Assembly (NCBI RefSeq): GCF_001194135.2
Contig: NC_068990.1
Coordinates: 86,232,439 to 86,274,990, forward strand
DNA: 42,552 nucleotides
DNA from: Octopus bimaculoides
Lineage: Eukaryota
Reading direction: 5' to 3'
The notes under the pieces are model-generated. The model was not told the DNA's origin, did not search any database, and was given only the letters and a program-made list of their open reading frames with translations. Shown piece by piece: positions 36,170 through 42,552 of the stretch. Each line of letters starts with the position of its first letter. Position 1 is the stretch's first letter. Both the position numbers and the translations under genes were made by a program.

Positions 36170-37253
36170 GTGAATCATGCCTTCAGCTTCGATGACTGCT
36201 TCAATGCAAGGCTGGAATCGTTGACATCCCTGCACTAAATGGTCCTTATTAATTCCGGACACCACCTGGACATTGGTGACCCTTAGTGAAGCTATGGCAT
36301 GTTGAGGATGTCTATTAGCCTCGTTTTCAACAACGCCCCAAACATAGAACATGGGATTTAGATCTGGTGAGTTTGGGCGTCACAAGTTTGGTGTTACACG
36401 ATAGTAAAGATTGCCTGACATTCATTCTTGGGTTACTTTATGAGAAAGTGTTGAGTCTTTTTGAAATACATATGGCCTTCCACTACGTACTTCATCCATC
36501 CACGGCTTAGCAACTGTCTCCCGCACCTCAACGTATCCAATAGCATTAATTCTAAGAGCCTGTAGAAACATGTGAAGTGATACTATATACTCACCACACC
36601 TAAAACGATCGCAATTTCTGGAAGCTTAGTATGCATTTCTCTGGGGATATCACAAAAATCTGGACATAGGCAGCTGTCATATTTCCTGTTAAACGTATTG
36701 TCTTAGTCGAAGTCTTTCTCTTCAAAGAAGAACCAAATCATGACATGTTCGTGAGGGTTTTTAACTTTGGTTAATAACCTCTTGGCACAAGTCAAGCGGA
36801 TTTCTTGTGTCTTTGCAAGTACGAATTGGCCTCTCTTCAGTACATACGTCTTCTATCAAATGTCTTCGTGCATCACAGTTCTGATAGTCCACTCCGACAT
36901 CAGAATTTCTTTGTTGGTGGCCCTCATTGATTTTCCGGCATGATCATCTATGCTTTGAACATGTTGGATGAACTTTAGTGTCCTTATAGCGTCCGAGCGT
37001 TTACACTGTTTTTTCTTTTAATTTTCTCACTTATTCCTGTCAGAGGCTTCCAATTCTATCCAAATAAATGTTCAAAAGACCTTACAACATTTAAAAAGTT
37101 GGCAATTTCGAAACTTCTGTGTCCCGCAAATATGACAACATTGACTGAGTGTCGTTTCTTTTCTTGCATTGTGCTAACATTTTATCTGTCGTGAAAATCC
37201 TTTTCTTTGCCTTTATACTGATAATTAAGTGTTCTCAAATACCCCTGGCATCT

Positions 37254-37257
<4 letters not shown>
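36170..37257 (-). pseudogene. Decayed Tc1/mariner transposon, maT (DD37D)-like transposase
   Basis: Minus-strand pieces EIANFLNV; KRSDAIRT...GKSMRA...TIRTVMHEDI; IWFFFEEKDF; RINAIGYVEV..TVAKPWM...RPYVFQKDST; RPNSPDLNPMFYVWGVVE...CQRFQPCIEAVIEAEG, with several stops and frameshifts. Candidate TIR end with TA at 37256-37257. Confidence 0.88.
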
Positions 37258-37293
<36 letters not shown>

Positions 37294-37313
37294 CGTGCGT
37301 GCATGCGTACGTG

Positions 37314-37731
37314 TTATTTCTTTACTACCCACATGGGGCTAAACGTAGAGGGGACAAACAAGGACAGACAAACACGGATTAAGTCGATTATATCGACCCC
37401 AGTGCGTAACTGGTACTTATTTAATCGACCCCGAAAGGATGAAAGGCAAAGTCGACCTCGGCGGAATTTGAACTCAGAACATAAAGACAGACGAAATACC
37501 TATTTCTTTACTGCCCACAAGGGGCTACACACAGAGGGGACAAACAAGGACAGACAAAGGGATTAAGTCGATTACATCGACCCCAGTGCGTAACTGGTAC
37601 TTAATTTATCGACCCCGAAAGGATGAAAGGCAAAGTCGACCTCGGCGGAATTTGAACTCAGAACGTCACGGCAGACGAAATACCGCTAAGCATTTCGCCC
37701 GGCGTGCTAACGTTTCTGCCAGCTCACCGCC
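37314..37731 (-). mobile_element. SINE family B head-to-tail dimer (full copy plus 5'-truncated copy)
   Basis: A ~187-bp unit is repeated at 37314-37500 and 37501-37690; only the second carries the head to 37731. Confidence 0.95.
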
Positions 37732-37754
37732 GTAAACATACGTGTATGTGTACG

Positions 37755-38245
37755 TGTGTAAGTGTGTCTGTATGTTTGTCCCCACCGTCACTTGATAACC
37801 GGTGCTGGTTTGTTTATGTCCTCGTAAATTTTCAGTTCAGCAAAAACATCGATAATACAAGTACCAGACTTCAAAAAACACAAGTACAGGGTCGATTTGT
37901 TCGTCTACTTTCTCCCAGGCGGTGCCCCAGCATGGCCGCGTGGTGGTGCGTGGTTTAGTAGTTAGGGTGTTGGACTCATGATCATAAGGTTGTGGTTTCG
38001 ATTTCTCGACCGGGCGATGCGTTGTGTTCTTGAGCAAGACACTTCATTTCACACTGCTCCAGTCCACTCAGCTGGCAAAAGTGAGTAACCTTGCGATGGC
38101 TGGCGTCCCATCCAGGTGGGGAATATATACACCAGGGAAACTGGGAAACCGGCCCTTATGAGTCGCCATGACTCGAGAAGGTAACTTTACCTTTTCTTTT
38201 TAACCAGCATGGCCGCAGTCCAATGACTGAACCAAATAAAAGATT
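37755..38245 (+). mobile_element. SINE family A 3' half interrupted by a family D SINE
   Basis: Family A sequence stops at ccagcatggccgc (37939) and resumes at 38204. Confidence 0.85.
37940..38203 (+). mobile_element. Full-length SINE family D with 13-bp TSD
   Basis: TSD ccagcatggccgc at 37927-37939 and 38204-38216; tRNA head; V-domain-like gcgatggctggcgtcccatccagg; tail taactttacctttt. Confidence 0.92.
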
Positions 38246-38894
38246 AAAAAGTTAAAAGATCTGTATTTCTTAACGATCAAAAATATTAATTTAATATCAT
38301 GTTAATAAGTATTTTGGTTACCGCGGTAAGCATACACTAAAAGTAAAATTGTTAATTAGGTTTACTTTACAATACATAAACTATAATGGAAATAATTTCC
38401 CTCTGGAATCTAAGTCAAGCAGTTTTGACTAAAGGTTATAGGAGGGCAATAATACTGTTGAGGCGGCTCTGATTCAAACATGCCATTTTGTATTCTTTCA
38501 ATTCTCAAGCCCTGCATGAATAAATTTGTTCCACCCCGTCTTCGTTGATTATTTACGAAAACACACAAACTCCATGCGTATTGTTATTTTTTTTATTTTG
38601 CCTCTTCTACTGCTATTTCTCTGACCTTTGCTCCTTGGAGCCGACTAATTTCGTATCATCTTCACCCAGGCTCAACCGACTGAGTCGTCTTTCCTCTCTG
38701 TTCACTCTTACCTCATTTCCCAATCCATACCCTCTCCAAAACCTCATCGCTCTAGATATTCTCCTCTCATCATGTTTTCTCTGCAGTCACCAACTCATAG
38801 GGCCTGCATGCGGGGGCTAAAGACACAAGCGTTTTCTCCAGACCATGTTTTTTTTTCCTGCTAACGTCGATTTACAAACGCTTAATCTGAGTGT

Positions 38895-39283
38895 GTTGTG
38901 GAGGCGCAATGGCCAGTGGTTAGGGCAGCGGACTCGCAGTCATAGGATCGCGGTTTCGATTCCCAGACCGGGCGTTGTGAGTGTTTATTGAGCGAAAACA
39001 CCTAATGCTCCACGAGGCTCCGGCAGGGGATGGTGGCGAACCCTGCTGTACTCTTCCACCACAACTTTCTCTCACTCTTACTTCCTGTTTCTGTTGTACC
39101 TGTATTTCAAAGGGCCAGCCTTGGCACACTCTGTGTCACGCTGAATATCCCCGAGAACTACGTTAAGGGTACACGTGTCTGTGGAGTTCTCAGCCACTTG
39201 CACGTTGATTTCACGAGCAGGCTGTTCCGTTGATCGGATCAATTGGAACCCTCGACGTCGTAAGCGACGGAGTGCCAACAACA
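38895..39283 (+). mobile_element. Full-length SINE family C with 11-bp TSD
   Basis: TSD aatctgagtgt at 38884-38894 and 39284-39294; A box tggccagtgg, B box ggtttcgattccc; (CAA)n tail. Confidence 0.93.
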
Positions 39284-39735
39284 AATCTGAGTGTAAATCG
39301 TATCTTGCCTTCGAGTCTCAGAAAGCTTGTTAAGGTCACGGACAGAGAGGTTAACAGTCCCTTCTTTCTGACCAACGCACGAAAATATAGCGACAAATAC
39401 TTTTGCTGGAATGTTGTTATGGTTATGTTATATTGCAAGAACAAGGCTGCGTGTGCTGTGAGTCATATGGAGGATAGAATACAGTATGTCTGTCTGTCTA
39501 CCTGTCTGCTTGCCTGTCTGTTTGTGTGTTTGTACGCATGCACACACGCATGTAAAGTATTATGTATGTACGCACGAATGCATGCATGTATGTATGTATA
39601 GATGTATGTAAATATGCCTGCATGTATACAAGCATGTGTGTATGCATGCATATATGTGTGTGTGTGTGTGTAAATATCTGAATATGTGGTGCTACGTTTG
39701 CGGACGCGCGCGTTTGATTGTTCGCTTATGTTTCA

Positions 39736-40320
39736 ACTCACCCGGTTTAGAATGAGATTACATTTTCACGAAACCAAAATATTTCGTGAAAACTTTATTT
39801 ACTACTCAAGGATTAAAATATACCCCGCCCCTGTCTGTTTACATGAAGCTGCATAACTTCCCAACCAAAAAAATGTTGAACATACATAAACAGTTGTTAT
39901 ACTGAAAGCTGTTGAGTTAGAACAATAGAATTCAAGAAAAATAACAAATACAACAAATAAAGCCTCACAAAGATCAAAGTAGTAAGATTTAGTAACATTA
40001 TTAAGCACCCTGTGGGTACTCTTTGGTGTTATTGTACGAAACTGCTTCTTTCATTGTGTTTCGTTTTTCTTTCTGTGTTTTGGTGATGTTGCAAATCTTG
40101 TCATATGCCTGTTTGTTACACGGAAAATCAAATGTGTTGTAAACGAATATTAATCTTTTTAAAAAACTTTAAGTAAAACCACTTGGTTGCATGAAATATT
40201 AAATAGCATTCGTACAAGTTAAGCATGATTTAGCAGCAGTGTATCTGTTCAAGATGGCGGTTAACGATAAAAACAGGGTGCAACCCTGTATGGCCCACCC
40301 TAAATACTTCCTGTCACATA
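39736..40320. promoter_or_regulatory. Candidate promoter / non-coding first-exon region
   Basis: Minus-strand donor CGG|GTGAGT (39741), 11-bp hairpin (39763-39792), GC box ccccgcccc (39823-39831), YY1-type aagatggcgg (~40251-40260) and ETS-type acttcctg (~40306). Motif evidence only. Confidence 0.3.
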
Positions 40321-40625
40321 AACGCTCGTTTTCTGTTAATAATGCTATTGTTTACTTTGATTTCATTTGGTTTAGAACAATGTTTCCCCAATTTAGTTTA
40401 GACAAATATTTTGACACAAAATTCTCTTATCATTGCGGGTCCTCGTGACGAAATACTGTCTGCGCGTCGCTAAAACAGTGAACATGCTTATATTTTCTTT
40501 TGAAATGAAATCAAGCCAAAATGTCGTTAAATATCCGTAATGGATAAAGCAGAAAAAANNNNNNNNNNNNNNNNNNNNNNNNNNNNNNNNNNNNNNNNNN
40601 NNNNNNNNNNNNNNNNNNNNNNNNN

Positions 40626-40690
40626 CTTCCTTCCTTCCTTCCTTCCTTCCTTCCTTCCTTCCTTCCTTCCTTCCTTTCCTTCCTTTCCTT
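40626..40690. repeat. (CTTC)n microsatellite
   Basis: Seen directly; adjacent to an N gap. Confidence 0.95.
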
Positions 40691-42158
40691 TCTAATCCTG
40701 CAGTTAATATTGATTTCTTACACTGAGAGTGCAATGCCACAAATTCGTAGAATAAGTGCGTAGACATATCTGTTTGTTGTTTTTGTCGACCCCAGACGGA
40801 TGAAACGCAGAGTACCCGCTATAACTATCCATGAAGACAAAGCGTACGTACGCATTATGATTAAAGACTTGTGTATATCGTATAGACAATTTTGTTATCG
40901 AACTAGCTTATGCATATACAGTGTTTTGTTTCAATGTTACACTGTACTACAGAATATATCCAACGATATATAGTCAGCGTAGTGTATGTACGGACAAGTG
41001 TAAACTGCCCATGGAAGCATTTTATCGAAGTAGATAAAAGTGCGTTTTATATGCAAATTGCTCTATCCAGGTTATGTAAGACTTTATATATAGATTTGTA
41101 GCGAGCACTATATGTACAACAGCACCGTTTTGAGAGATGAGCACACTGGCAATTGCCCGGAGACTTACAGGTCGAGGGGCCCAATTCTGTTTTATATATG
41201 ATGTCAGTAAATAAATACTGGAAGGCCTGGTACATTGATTTTCTGGTTAAGACCGCCTTGATGTACAGAGATGTATAAACTGTCCACAAAATCAGTTAAT
41301 CGAAGTAGTTGTCAAAAGTGCGTTTATATGCAAGTTAATAAAGCTCTTTTTAATAGAGAGTTTATTAGTATGTCTTCATGGAAAGTTAAAGTCGCAGATG
41401 AATTCTCTGCACAGAATTAACGCCTGATGATCGCTGTTTTCCTGTTCACAAAGAAATTGCGTACAATGACGAAGTGTTTACATATGTTTTTGCGTATAAT
41501 TTCGGCTAAAAACAATCTGTAGATATGTTCTGTAGTATAGTATAACATTGTAACAAGACACTGTTTAATACACCAGTAAATTTTTAAAATAACTGTGTGT
41601 ATTACACAGCTGTGTTCATTAAATAACTGTATTCATTGCATAGTTGTGTTCATTAAATGACACGATGCACCCGTGTTGTGGAAATATACACGACATGATG
41701 CTGTGCAGTGAAAGGAAAACTGCTTGATAATTCCATAGCAGATATCTCTTATTCTATTTGCCTCAGAGGGTGGAGTGATGTTGGTTGTGGTGCTGGCGGT
41801 GGTAGTGGTGGTAGTACGAATTTGTGTCTGCGTGCAAGGGTGTGAGTATGTGTGTTTGTATAGAAGGGGCCACGGTCATTTACCGTTGATTTTATTTAAG
41901 TTGATAAAGGGAAAACTCGTTGTTAGTCCCCACCCTTTGTTACTAATCCATCAGAGACCTGCTGGGGTTTGTATCCCATACAAATTTCTCGTTAAAATCC
42001 GCCATCAAAATTCCATGTTAAGTTCCAAACATCGATAACATTATTTTACAAAATTCTTTTATTTTTTATCCTTTATTTGCTTCACTCATTAGACTGCAGC
42101 CAGGCTGCAGTGCTGCCTTGAAGAATTTTAGTTGAACGAATTGAACCCCAATACATTA

Positions 42159-42317
42159 TGAGTTCAAATTCCGCCGAGGTCTACTTTGCCTTTCATCCTT
42201 TCGGGGTCGATAAATTATGTACCAGTTGAGAACTGAGGCCGATGTAATCGACTATCCCACTCCCCAAAATTTCAGGCCTTGCACTTATAGTAGAAAGGGT
42301 TATTATTATTATTATTA

Positions 42318-42372
<55 letters not shown>

Positions 42373-42425
42373 GTACCAGTTGAGAACTCCCCAAAATTTC
42401 AGGCCTTGCACTTATAGTAGAAAGG

Positions 42426-42500
<75 letters not shown>
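42159..42500 (+). mobile_element. SINE family B 3' part with (TTA)n tail and a duplicated, internally deleted 3' end
   Basis: gcctttcatcctttcggggtcgataaattatgtaccag...tagtagaaagggt(tat)n, then a second atgtaccagttgagaact-ccccaaaatttcagg...gggt(tat)n. Confidence 0.92.
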
Positions 42501-42502
<2 letters not shown>

Positions 42503-42552
42503 TGAATTTTTTTTTTGTACAGCCTTGTACTTATTCTACCGGTCGCTTTTAC

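Noticed and set aside
38900-38975. tRNA genes (also at 4937, 11093, 17310, 27447, 37940)
   Set aside because: The A/B boxes run straight into SINE bodies, there is no closed acceptor stem, and two copies have TSDs.
40254-40448. Plus-strand ORF starting at aagATGGCGG as a gene start
   Set aside because: No good donor site or recognisable protein; the motif is kept only as possible promoter evidence.

Overview
Eukaryotic, AT-rich, repeat-dense genomic DNA from a gapped draft scaffold (13 N-gaps, most flanked by microsatellites). The tRNA-derived SINE families, RTE LINE remnants and very high (TA)n/(CA)n/(GA)n/(GATA)n density point to an octopod cephalopod, most likely Octopus (inference). Only one host coding exon is supportable: a minus-strand exon (13165-12881) encoding a signal peptide plus the start of a NIDO domain (nidogen/SNED1/tectorin-like secreted protein). 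It ends in a GTGAGT donor and no exon 2 is visible, so 1-12880 is probably intron. Upstream lie a putative ~850-nt leader with uORFs and a TCAGTC initiator. The rest is a transposon graveyard: four SINE families (my labels A-D, two insertions with clear target-site duplications), RTE, HERO-type, maT/DD37D-like and probable Chapaev remnants, MITEs, a Helitron-like end and a 36-bp minisatellite. There are no prokaryotic genes, CRISPR arrays or true tRNA/rRNA genes. The oddities most worth checking are a head-to-head (TTAGGG)n-GAATTC-(CCCTAA)n palindrome, hammerhead-like Penelope-type motifs, a pre-miRNA-shaped hairpin and modular tail swapping among SINEs. I found no convincing new biological system. 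Family names come from recalled motifs, not database searches, and repeat boundaries are approximate.
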